From contig OX597820.1 in NCBI GenBank assembly GCA_951406725.2, forward strand, positions 89,652,001 to 89,716,000: DNA of 64,000 bases. The letters are read 5' to 3'. Source of the DNA: Octopus vulgaris (lineage: Eukaryota). Positions 39,240 through 50,875 of the stretch are shown piece after piece (positions within the stretch are counted from its first letter, which is position 1; the number at the start of each line of letters is the position of its first letter). The notes under the pieces are model-generated. The model worked only from the letters and a program-made list of their open reading frames with translations. It was not told the DNA's origin and did no database searches. Made by a program: the position numbers and the translations under genes.

Positions 39240-42200
39240 GTACAGAACCCTCGTTGTACAGTCTGCAAGCACATCACATGCTATGAAACTATTTTTGATG
39301 CGGCAGCAATTATTGTCTGTGTGGTGGAAGAGTTCTTTCCCAAATGCGGTAAGACAATCGCTTTGCATTAATACTCGCAGAGACAATTTTAATATAAGTG
39401 ACCTCAGAGAAATACGAAGACAAGGTGGTAGGTGGTGGCTTTAAGAAATGGCCAGTAGAGAATGTTACTGCTGGTTCTTTTGACGGTGATATATGTCAAG
39501 GAGTGGACCATCCCAGCTTAATACTAATTGCAGGTTCAGAAGGGAATTGAGATTGGTGATGGAAGACAGTACTAAACGTCATTCTTCAATAAAGTGGGAA
39601 CCATATATTGTATTTTTTACAGCTACCAATATAACCACAAAAAGCCCGAAGAAAGTGTATTAGCAACAGCAGCGTCTTCAGAACAGCTCTAATATTTGTC
39701 TTAAATAGACAAACACAAATATTCGCCAATTAGACAAGAAAATGAGGTGGGTGGTACCTGTAGTACAAATAACAACAGCAACAACAGCAATAGTAATAAT
39801 TGTTTGTAATGAAAACACAAGGCCAGAAATTTTGAAGTGGGGACATAAATGGATATCATTGACCAAGCCCCCACTAACAGTAATGGGCTTTATGTTTCTA
39901 GAAAAGTTTCTAGACAAGCGAAAGAAAATTCCCAGACAATTTTGTATCAAGCCATCGCTTATATTGCTGCACAAGCCTAGAACTCTTGTCAGAACGAGCG
40001 TCTTTGCATTAAGATTCAAATATAATCTGTGTCGGAGAGTCATCCGACTTGAGCAAGTTCAACTTCATATGACATATAAAGCTCGTAGTCATTCAGAAAC
40101 ATCTTAACATGAAGGGTCAATCATTTCTAGTACCAGAAAATCAGACTTTAGTTAGTTTGGACTGCCGAGGCAGTCTTGTATTCTTTCAGAAAGAGCATGA
40201 GTGCGTGTTTCTCGGAAAAAAAAAACATGTTTCGCTCAAGGCTACTACATCTAAATTAAGTGATCTGAGTTAATTCAGTCGGCGATCGCACGTCCAGACA
40301 ACTCGTACAGCTTTACTGAAGATGGTTCATATGCACGTGTATTGATTTTTTGCCACCACAAAGTGAATTCCTGCAGCATTTTGTACATTAGAATCTTTTA
40401 AAACTGGACATAGTCCTTTTAAACTAGAAGAGGGCTACATGAGACATATCTCATTATCTACGTAAGATTTTGTTAGGCGTACCACTCAAAAAGTCTCACC
40501 GGCTGCATTTTGCATATGATGGTGTGAAACGGTTGCAATTCCATTGAGAATCATTCTCTCATTATATTCCTAATTTGATCACTGTGAGTACACCCAGTGC
40601 GTATTTTAGGGAGAACATTTCCAGTCTACACTCCAACGTTTTTTTGTGTATTTTTGTTGTTACTACTACTAACTCCATGAGTCCTTTTTTTAACATATAA
40701 CAGAAATTCAAGTTTAATGTTATTGCTGAAGTTGTTTTACTGGTCTTTGTGTTACATTTGTCGTTGTTGATATTGCTGTTTGTATTCTTGTTTTTGTTGT
40801 GATCTTCCTGCTTTCGTTTGTGTTGATATTGTTATTTGCAGTTGCTAATTATCATCTAGCGCGCATGTCACATACATACTTTTCTCTATGCCTTAAGGCT
40901 TTCTAATCTTTCAAGTTTTACACTTCAAAGGATGTGAATGTCTCTAGCTCAATCATATCGCTAGATAAGGTATTCGAGGAATACAGACGTAGCAGAAAGG
41001 CCATGGCTCTCTCATATTTTTGTTACTTGGAGGTGTGCACTCGTCGGAGATGTAAGAGAAATCATTTTTAGCTCTATATTTTACTGTTAATGTTATATTT
41101 ATTGGTGTAATTGACGTTGCTGTTGATGCAGTATTTATTATTGTAAGTTTATTGTTGGCGTTGTTATCGGTGTAATACTTGTTTTCTAGCTACTATTTGA
41201 GAAACAGACAGAAAATATTGAAATGGTTTCCGTCACAGTAATTGAAGTAAGCTGATTTTTATTTTTGCTCTCTGCAATTACTCGTCGTGTTTTTAATGCG
41301 TTCAATATAGAATTGGTCTGCAAATTTTAAAATATCTTCCAATGTAATTAGTAATTGAATTTTCAGCCGAAATCTTAGGCATTTTCCATGAGAGAAGACC
41401 AAAAGTCCATTAACTCCGTATGTTTGTTTTTTGTACTATTGCTACCAAATACTAAGAATTTACGCTTGGTGGAACCATATGGATCGTCGCTTTGGTAGCG
41501 CGACAACCCACAAAGCTACAAAGGTGGGTAATAAATCCGGTTAAGGGGTGCTTTTATTATTGTTCCCCATTTCGTAATAAGATTACCCCGGAAAGATGTT
41601 TTGCTTTTTACAAGAGGATCTACTAAATAGCACTGTGCATACATTTCAGGCAAATTGTTACTATTACATATGAAAAAGTTATTACTTACTTGCTATTTAT
41701 TTATGTACGTGGAGATGACTATACTTCCTTGTCATTATCTGTAAATTTGCTTCATCCTTTGTGAGTATTCTGACTCCAAACCTCTTTATATATCACTCAG
41801 CTCACATTACACTGTCATCCTTTTTAGCTTTAGCTTAGCGTTCCGTCCAAGTGATTCTTAGAAATGAGCAATATTTCTCGGCGGTGTTGATTTTGTTATT
41901 CTAGTTTTAATGTTTTCATTTTTCTTGTTTTTTCCGTCACTGTTTTTCGTGTTTTACATTTGTTGTTCTTATTTTCTGTTTTATTCTCATGATTCATAAT
42001 TTTGGTGTCATATGTTTCATTCGATTTTTCTCTGACATTTCAACCCTTTTGTTGGTCTTGTTTCTATTCATTATAATATTTTTGTTTTCCTTGTTACTGC
42101 TGCTGTTTTTTGTGTTGTTTCTAGTGTTGTTGTTGTTTGTAATACCCGTGCTTTTTTCCGCATCAATGCAACGTTACACAAAAGAATTACTGGTGTTCTT

Positions 42201-42784
42201 AGAGATAACGCCTATACATTTATTATTAAATTTCTTTGAAAAAAATCTTCGGTAAAAGTCACTTTTCCGCTCTGACAAGCACGCCTTTCAAGGTAGCTTT
42301 ATCGTTGCCATTACTCTGACTGTCATGGCTGCCTTCCACGATTCCAATGTTTCCGTAGTCAAACGCTGACATATTTTTTAATAAACTATTCGTCTGCTGA
42401 CAGCAGACAACCGGGAAAAAGACTGTCTCCTTAATTAAATTTTAAAATTCTCTGGAACTGTTATAATTAGGAGGTCCACTGAATAGTTTTAGAACGCCCT
42501 TTTGTTCGAGAATATTTTAAACATTATTAACGACAAAAAATCTTTCAGAAGGGAAATTTATGATACACGGTTTAAACTTAGAGTATCGGTGTATATGATT
42601 AGCGCAACATGATAATGATGATGATGATGATGATGATTATAATAATAATAATAATAATAATGATGATGTGAGTAACTGAGCAAGTTAAGAAACACAAGAT
42701 TTAAAACTTCTCTCTTTTGAGAAAAGACACTTAGTAAAAAGGAAAGAATTTGGGACAGTCATAGAAGAGTTGAAACAGCATATC

Positions 42785-43025
42785 TTTTATATCCTTGCAT
42801 TTGGGTAAATACTACAATGTAACAATGTTACAACACTACAAAAACCAAGTAGGTAACAAACATCTAACAATCTTATATCTCTTCTCATCGACGTCTGCGA
42901 CTGCCTTCACAAATGCGACTGCACACACCACACTGTAATTTGCACTGTCAGTACGCATGTACTTTTATAAGTTTTAGGATAGTTCACTTGCTATCTGACA
43001 GGGGTGTCAGGATTTAACCGCAACA
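42785..43025 (-). repeat. 3' LTR of the Gypsy element
   Basis: Aligns without gaps to 47155-47395, about 55 mismatches in 241 by hand count (~77% identity). Abuts the PPT. Confidence 0.92.
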
Positions 43026-46000
43026 TCTCTCCCTTTTGAGTTTGCCTTTCCTTGGAAATGAATATTTTTCTTTTATTTATTATATATTTATTACAGCTTC
43101 TCCCCACTTTTTTACTTAATTCCCCGGGAAGAAATTGGAGTAATCTTTTCGTTTTGGCTCCATTTGCAAAAGTACTGTTTGTTTTCTTTTCCTACTCGAT
43201 GTACTCGCTGGTTCAATTATTCCTTGAGTTACCTGGACGTCAAAAATGTCATAAAGAAACTCCATTGGTTCTTCATGTCTTATTCTTTCTTCCATAAACC
43301 GTTTTTACAGTTGGTTTAAATGTATTTTGTGTTCCCTCGTATGACATTTTACCATGTACGTCATTCTTCCTAAACGTTTAGTTATTAACCATTCTTCTCA
43401 ACTTTCCTTTCTATTTCTGAATATTTAAAGAAAAAACACCTTGCTACCGATTTTGAAGTATTTTATTCTATTTTCGGTGTTTCTCTCCATTTTTCTTTTC
43501 TTTCTGGCAGTAATTTGACAAACACTGACCTGACTTTCCTGGCGAACATTAGTTCTGCCGGCGACATTCCTGAAGTGTTGTTGGGGTTAGGTGTTATTCA
43601 GTAGACACTTAAGAATTGCATCAATGCAGTATCAGCTAGTAGTTCATTCTTAGATTTTTTCACGTACCCCTCTTAATTGTGTCTACAAAACGTTCCGCTA
43701 GTCCATTCGATCTCGGATGGTATGATGGAGTAGTAATATGCTCCATTACATATATTTTGCAAAAGTTTTAATGTCCTTCGACGTGGACTGTTTTCCGTTA
43801 TTAGATACGATAGTGTCTGGAACGCCACATCGCGTAAAAAGTTCGTCCAGAAATTCCATTGTTTCTCTGGATGTTCGCTTCCTGCATTTACATATTTCCG
43901 GCCATTTCGTGTAACTATTCACAATTATTACCCTCCATTTAACGGTCCTGCGAAGTCTATGTGTAATCTGGATCAAGGTATGTCAGTCTCGGGCCAAGGT
44001 CGTGCTGTTGCTGCCAGGACACAAACCCTGCATACTTTCACCAATTATTCAATATCCTGATGCATATTTGGCCAGTAAACATAGCTCTTCATCAGTGCTT
44101 TCATTCTCGCAATTCCTGGATATCGCATGTGAAATTCTTTCAGCATACGATTTTGCAAAGAAACAGTTATTGCAACCCTCTGAGCGTGCATAAGTACGAC
44201 ATCACATATCGAATACCATTTCGAAACTGTATTACGCTCGAAATCATGAGGTTTTGTATTTGTTTCTGAATTCACTATGTTTTCCATTTTTATTATGAAC
44301 ACACCCTTCTCTGCTTTAATTTTTATTTCCTCTAAAGTGACATGTAGTTCGCGTACTACGTTGCAGAGTATATTTCTATTTCGATTTTACCTTTTAATGT
44401 TACTATTACTGTCTCGTCTAACGGTTCATTGTATTTAGGTATCAATCTTGACAGCCCATTTGCATATCCCAGTTTTATTAATGGTAGAAATTCCCTCTTA
44501 GTGTCATAATTTAGCAAGATCGTCCCCCAGCGCTGTAATCGGTTGGCTGTATGTGCGGGGATATCTTTTTGCGATCCGTAAATTGACAACAATGGGCGGT
44601 GATCTGTCTGAAGACTGACTTTCTTTCCCTGTATGAATTTGTAAAATTGTTTTCACCTCCTTCTCAATTTGGCTTTGAATTTTTCAGCCGCCAAAAATGA
44701 ACGTGAAGCATGAGCGATGGTTTTTAGGCTGCCAGTTTCATACTTGTGTAAAATTACCGCTCATGCACCACTTTCGCTAGCATCTGATACTACTATTTTA
44801 AAACTGAGATCAAAGTGCGATCATGACAATTCTGTTGTTAAAACATTTTAAATTTCTTCGAACGCTTTTTGACACCTCTCCAACCAATACCATTTAACGT
44901 CTTTTTTTTTCATTAGGTTGTTTATGTGTGCTCTTAACTTATGCATATTCGGTATATATGTTTCATAATAGTTTTGAGCCGCAAGAACGCTTGTAACGTT
45001 GTAATATTTTTCGGGGGAGGTATATTTTTTATTGCAATAGATAGTGAAGGATCTGGCCTGCGACCATTTTTATCGATAACTTGCCCAAGATATTTTATTT
45101 CTAACATGAAAAGTTCGCAATGTTCCTCGCTAAGTTTGAATCCATACTCCTTTATTCTTTCAAAGACCCTTTTAACATGTTCCTCATGCTGGCATCGAGA
45201 CTCACTTTTTATGAGTATCTCATCCAAGTAAGCAATAACGAAATCCGTATCCGCAAGCATATTGTCCATCACCTCTTGGAAAATACTAGGTGACATCTTT
45301 ATCTCAAAAAGAAGTCGATTGAATTTATATAAACATTTATTAGTGTTTATCGTTGATAACTTCGAACATTTCTCCTCGACTTGTAACTGTAAATACGCCT
45401 CCGACAAATCCAATTTTGAAAAAGGTTTCCTCCTTTGAGTTTCGCAAACATTTCCTCCGGACTTGGTAATGTGTAATTGTATGTCATCAAGCATTCGTTC
45501 AAGCCTGTTGCAAATCAGTGCATATTCGTATTTTACTATTTTTTCTTCTTTACATAAACAGCATGTGATGCCCATTCTGAATAATCAATTTTTTTATAAC
45601 TCCAAGATTTTCAAGTCTATCCAATTTCTCGTTGACTTGATTCAGCTCACATCGGTTTAAAATACTGGTACAGCGTTTTGTTTCACGTGAAATTTTACTT
45701 TTTTATTGGTGCACCTACCGAACCCTACAGAAAAAAAACACAAGGAAACATCTTTTTTAATTTCCTTTTTTAAATCCACCGACATCTTATTTGAATTGGC
45801 GTAAGAACTGTTTACATTATTACAAAAAATATTTATGGGGAGCTCCCATAAATTAAATAGTTCCATTCACTCTGTACCAAATATGTTTGTTGCATCTTTT
45901 AATACAAAAACGTTGGCCTTCAAAGATTTCCCACGAAATGTCTCCTCACTTATCATTTCACCGCAAAATCGCAATTGTTTCCCTGAAATACAACTCGCAA

Positions 46001-47154
46001 TTTTCGAAGTTTCTTCAATATAGGCTTTCCTGTTATTCTCCATTTATCATCGTTAATTATCGTGATATCACTTCCTGTGTGTAGCTGTCGTCTCGTATTC
46101 ACATTATTTATTTTTATGGAGACAAATTTTCTTTATTGCATCTCCTTTGCACATGTGTTGATAATACTTTTTTCCTCGACTTTTTCGTTCGACTTTTTCG
46201 TTTCACGCAACAGTGTGAATTCGTTTTAGATTTTTAAAAGGACAGTTTCTTTTAAAATGTATTTCTCCACACCCATAACATGACAGTTGTTTTTCTCTCT
46301 TCTTATTTCTTACTGGTCAATACGTATATATATTTGAATTATCTTCTTCAATTTTTCTGCGTCCTGTCGTAAATCTATAATCCTCTGGCATTCTTCAGCC
46401 ACTGTCTGTAGAGTTAGTTTCAAATCTTGTTCTAGTTTTTTCAATATCCGAGCCCGTGTCTCTGCACCTTTGCTTGCAGTTAATCCTTGTATAAAGAGTA
46501 AACATTTAAATATGTCCGGGGTTAATTCGTTTGATTTAAATTTTTCCCATTCTCCGCTTACTATTCCGGCATATATAACGAAATCTTCAATGTTTTTTCA
46601 AATTTTTGCACTCCCAGCGAATATTGAATAGGGAACTTCTTTCACTGAATATTGTAGATGACAGGTTAATTGTTTCCTCGAATCAAATTTCGGATGGTTT
46701 TCTCGGCAATACTGTAATTGCAATAATTTTCATGTTTTGCAGGGAATAATTTCCTTAAAAGATGTCGTAACTTCTTTTCGTCCGTCCAGTTTCTACATTC
46801 TTCTTTGAAGATTCCTTCATACCTTCTGCAGCATGCAGAACACGAAATACCTTCTTCTGGATTATAAGTAAATTCTTCAACTGAATTAGCAATCCTGTCT
46901 CCCGAAAACGAACATGAAGTGTTTTTGGACTGCAACAATAATTCCAACAACTGCTGATTTTGCTGTTGTAGTTGTAGTTGCTGTTCTACCTGTTGTTGTT
47001 GTTTCTTTTGTACTTGTTGTTGCTGTTGTAGTTTCCGTTGCAACAGTTGCTGTTGTTTTTGTTGTTGTAGTTGTCGTTGCAATTGTATCACGGAAGCTAA
47101 TACGTCTTCCATGTTAAGAACGTCCACAGTGAACTTCGAATGTCTCGTCGCCAC

Positions 47155-47395
47155 TATTGAATCCTTGCGTCTGGATATAGACTACACTATAATAGTGTTA
47201 TAACACGAGAAAGAATAAATCAGTAACAAATACTTAACAGACTTATATCTCTTCTCAACGACCTCTACGACTGCCTTCAGAAATGCAACTACACACCCTA
47301 CACCGTACGTCGCTCTGTCAGTAAGCATGCACCTTTATAAAATTTAGGACAGTTCCCTTGCTTTGCCGCAGGGGTGTCAAGATTTCACCACAGCA
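47155..47395 (-). repeat. 5' LTR of the Gypsy element
   Basis: Partner of 42785-43025. Abuts the PBS. Confidence 0.92.
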
Positions 47396-49874
47396 GTATC
47401 ATAGCAGTAGCAGGTAGTCTTCCCAGGTATCAGAGAAGAATAGATCAGTATTAACAGAATAAATTACATGAAACTGACGCTAGGAGATTTTAAACCAAAT
47501 AAATGGTGGAGAAGAAAGTCCGAAGATCATATACCTAATGCAGAAGAAGCTAGAACATTCTGGAATAATATTTGGAATAATATTTGGAATCACAATAGAG
47601 ATGCAGAATGGTTATATAAAGTGAAGGAATAAGAAGTGAATGAGAAGCACCCAGGTCTAAGACTAGCTAGTGCATGAATGAGTAAAGTGTTAGGGAAAAT
47701 GCCGAATTGCAAGGGCCCAAGACCGGATTTAGTTGAAGGGTACTGGTTAAAGAAATTCAATAATTTACATGGGAGGCTGAGAAAACAACTTCAGGGTTAC
47801 TTTAATGGAGGAATAATTCCACATTGGATGAATAGAGGGAAGACAATACTCATTACGAAAGAATAAAAACAATAGTAACAAAGCTAGCAATTATAGACCA
47901 ATCACTTGCTTACTGTGGAAGCTGTTAACAGGAATACTTTCAGAAAGCTTTGAGAACCAGAATTTACGACCAGAAGAACAGAGAGGTTACATGATGAAGG
48001 CTAGAGGAACGCATGATCTATTATACATAAGTAAAGCAGATCTAAATGAAGTAGAAGTTAGAAAGAAAAATATCTAACAATACTATGGATAGATTACACA
48101 AAAGCCTATGACATGATCCTACACTCATATTAAGTGAATGTATGAGTATATTCAGTATAGCAGACAACATAAGAGAATTAATTAGCTTTAGTATGAAGAA
48201 ATGGAAAATAGATATCTACTCAGGTGATACAGTTTTAGGGAAGGTTATTATCAAGGGGGGAATTTTCCAAGGAGACTCGCTATCCCTTTTAATGTTTGTT
48301 TAATATTTGATCCCCTTCAGTTTAGTATTGAATAAGGCAAAGGTAGATTATGAGTTTATAAATTGTAAGCGAAAAATTTAGCCATTTCCTCTACAAGGAT
48401 GATTTGAAGCTTTTTAGTAAGAATGAAAATGAGATAGAGTCCTCAATACAGACTACAGACTCTTCAGCAAACATATAGGCATGGAAGTTGTCATGGATAA
48501 GTGTGCAATATTAGTCATGAAAAGGGGAAAAGTAGTCAACAGTGAAAGCATTCAGTTACCAGATGGCCAGACATTAAAATCATTGAAAGTGTTTTAGGTA
48601 TCTAGAAATATTAAAAACTGAGAGAGTATAACTATAGAAATGAAACGAAAATTGAGCAGGAGTTCATCAGCAGCGTGAGGAAAGTAATTAAGTCAAAGCT
48701 AAATGGTCCGAATCAGTCGAAGGCTTCAAATACTTGGGCTGTATCATTACTTAGATACCTAGAAGCTTTTTTAGATTGGATAAAAACGGAATTAGCAAAA
48801 ATGGAAGGGGGCTAAGACCTGTAGAAGATTACCGGGAGTTAGGTAGAGTAGATATAGATTCCTATGTAGGTAATAGTAAAAAAAATATTAAGAGCTGCTA
48901 GAGTCACACCAAAATATAGGGAAACCAAAAGAATAAACGAAGTTAAAAACCAGAGAACAGAACGAAAGTTATCTGACCGGAGGACAAGGACTTGCATGGT
49001 AGATTCCCAAAGGTAGTTAAAACAAATAGTAGTAATGAGACATGGTGATAGTTGCAGAAAGGAAGGTTCAAAAGGGAAACAAAACGTTTAATAGCAGCAC
49101 AAGATCAAGCATTAAAGTCAAACTGGATAAAAACCAAGGTAGACAAAAACCAAGTACATTTCCAATGTAGGCTATGCAAATCAAGAGGAATATGTTACTG
49201 ATATAGTAAGTGAATGTAGCATTCTGGCACAGAGAGAGTACAAGAAAATACATGAAGAAAATTCTAATTGGACTCCACCTGCAATTGGGAACTCTCCCTA
49301 AAGATTTGTACTGATAGTCAGTGCTGTTTCTTCTGATCAAAATATTGTTAAAAGAGAAGTGGAGAAATTGTTTAAATACAAATACCTCGAAACTGAAGTA
49401 TTCAAAATGTGAAGCATGATGGTAAAAACAATACCAATAATATGTGGAGCAGTGGGCATGATAGAAAATCATATGGATGAAAATATAGAAGCTCTACCTG
49501 GATCCTCAACACTATACACTGTCCAAAAAGTATCCCAACCAGGAACAGCCCACATCCTACGTAAGATACTATCAATCCAATAATACAACCTAAACAAACT
49601 ACATATACAAAACACACTCTAGACAGTATTTACCCAGTGAAATTAGCTCTTAACCAGCAAGCCAGAAAACCAATGGATTACGCACTCAACACAAAGTACA
49701 AGAAGTAACATAAAAAAGACAGCACCACACCTCAAGGGAAATAGGTTAACAATATAGTACGGGTAGTAGTTTGCACACTCCCAACAGCAGAAAATAACAC
49801 AATACCGCCACGGCGATGTAGCTGGTAATGCAGTAGAAATTTGCCTCAATCTACCAAATATTGAACAGTTATAA

Positions 49875-49925
<51 letters not shown>

Positions 49926-49927
49926 TA

Positions 49928-49968
<41 letters not shown>

Positions 49969-49991
49969 ATAATAATAATAATAATAATAAA
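49875..49991. repeat. (AAT)n-(TAC)n-(AAT)n microsatellite
   Basis: Directly visible. Forms the 3' boundary of R4-like copy 1. Confidence 0.95.
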
Positions 49992-50875
49992 ATGCCCTAA
50001 TGCACTACCAGGTGGTGGCTCTAATGACTTCTGATCGTAACTGTTTGGTTAACATTGTTTCGATTTGGTATAAAAGATGGGTTACAGCAAATATTATGCT
50101 TAATACCACAGATTTGCTTGCCAGTTGCTTGAATTTAACCAGATAACTATGTTCCTCGGGGGCTGACGTTATGTGCATCTCTGGTCACCAGCAGAAGTAG
50201 CGGGGAACTTCATAGCCATGTGTTGAGAAGAATTCTTTGGGATTTAAATATTTCCCCTCTGGAAACATGGGTGATCCTTAAACAACACTTATTCAGGGAC
50301 GTTTTGAGCGAGTTTGGCTACTCAACCTGATGGAAATTCTAACTGGGCCTCACCGGCAAGGTCATGCGCTGTTTACCTTGATATAAGATCATCATGTCGC
50401 GCACATGGTTTTGATGCATGTGCATATGGTTGTGACGAATGTGCCTCGTGTACACTTATCAGACGGGTAATCATGATGGGTATATTGGCTTCGAAATCTT
50501 ACCTCAGCGTCACTTTGGTGGATTACGTCGCTTCATCACTCAATAATAGTAATAATAATTAAAATAATAACAATAATAATAAAATATAATAAACATAATG
50601 ATAATAATAATATTACAATAATGAAAAATATTCAGGGGATCTTTTGCGCAGGAAGGGCTACTTGGCCTGTAGAAAATTCTAACTGGACCCCCATCTGCAA
50701 GGTCATGCTGAATATCTTGATATGAGATCACCATGTCGAGCACATATGGTTGTGATGCATTTGCCTGGTGTGTCCTTGTCAGATGCGTAGTCATGATGGG
50801 TATAATGAGCTTCGTGTATTCTACTCCAGCGTCATTTTGATGTCATTCACTCCTCTCTTACTCAGTAATGATAAT
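49992..50875 (+). mobile_element. Two tandem copies (49992-50545 and 5'-truncated 50630-50865) of a non-coding repeat ending in (AAT)n
   Basis: Shared ttcaggg..aaattctaactgg..gcaaggtcatgc..cttgatat.agatca.catgtcg.gcac..gttgtga..tcatgatgggtat..gcttcg..cagcgtca.ttt..actca, each followed by an AAT-type repeat. Confidence 0.8.

Larger units (their letters stand above)
42785..47395 (-). mobile_element. Full-length decayed Gypsy LTR retrotransposon (Mag clade, K02A2.6-like)
   Basis: Two 241-bp LTRs. PBS tggcgacgag (47144-47153, minus) and PPT aaaagggagaga (43026-43037, minus). TSD atatc/gtatc. gag FTYNPEEG..RYE..KLRHLLRKL plus CYGCGEIHFKRNC, protease TGSDIT, RT KLDLSEAYLQ..AYLDEIL, RNase H DAS..AHASRS, integrase H..PGI.RMKALMKSYVYWP, HIDFAGP, HPRSNGLAERFV. 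Confidence 0.95.
42669..49874 (+). mobile_element. R4/Dong-like RLE non-LTR retrotransposon copy 1 (5'-truncated, split by the Gypsy insertion)
   Basis: The frame rejoins across the Gypsy: IEELKQHI/IAVAGSLPRYQRRIDQY*QNKL. Then GYWLKKF, NYRPITCL, WIDYTKAYD (~48085-48111), GIFQGDSLS (~48259), LYKDDLK (~48389) and CRLC..VSECS.LAQREY. (TAA)n lies on both sides. Confidence 0.88.

Noticed and set aside
39290-39600. Possible LINE 3' end on the minus strand
   Set aside because: Resemblance is vague and no motif could be read confidently.
39930-40330. Possible third GIY-YIG/Penelope remnant
   Set aside because: Several assumed frameshifts are needed to read a YIG-like motif.
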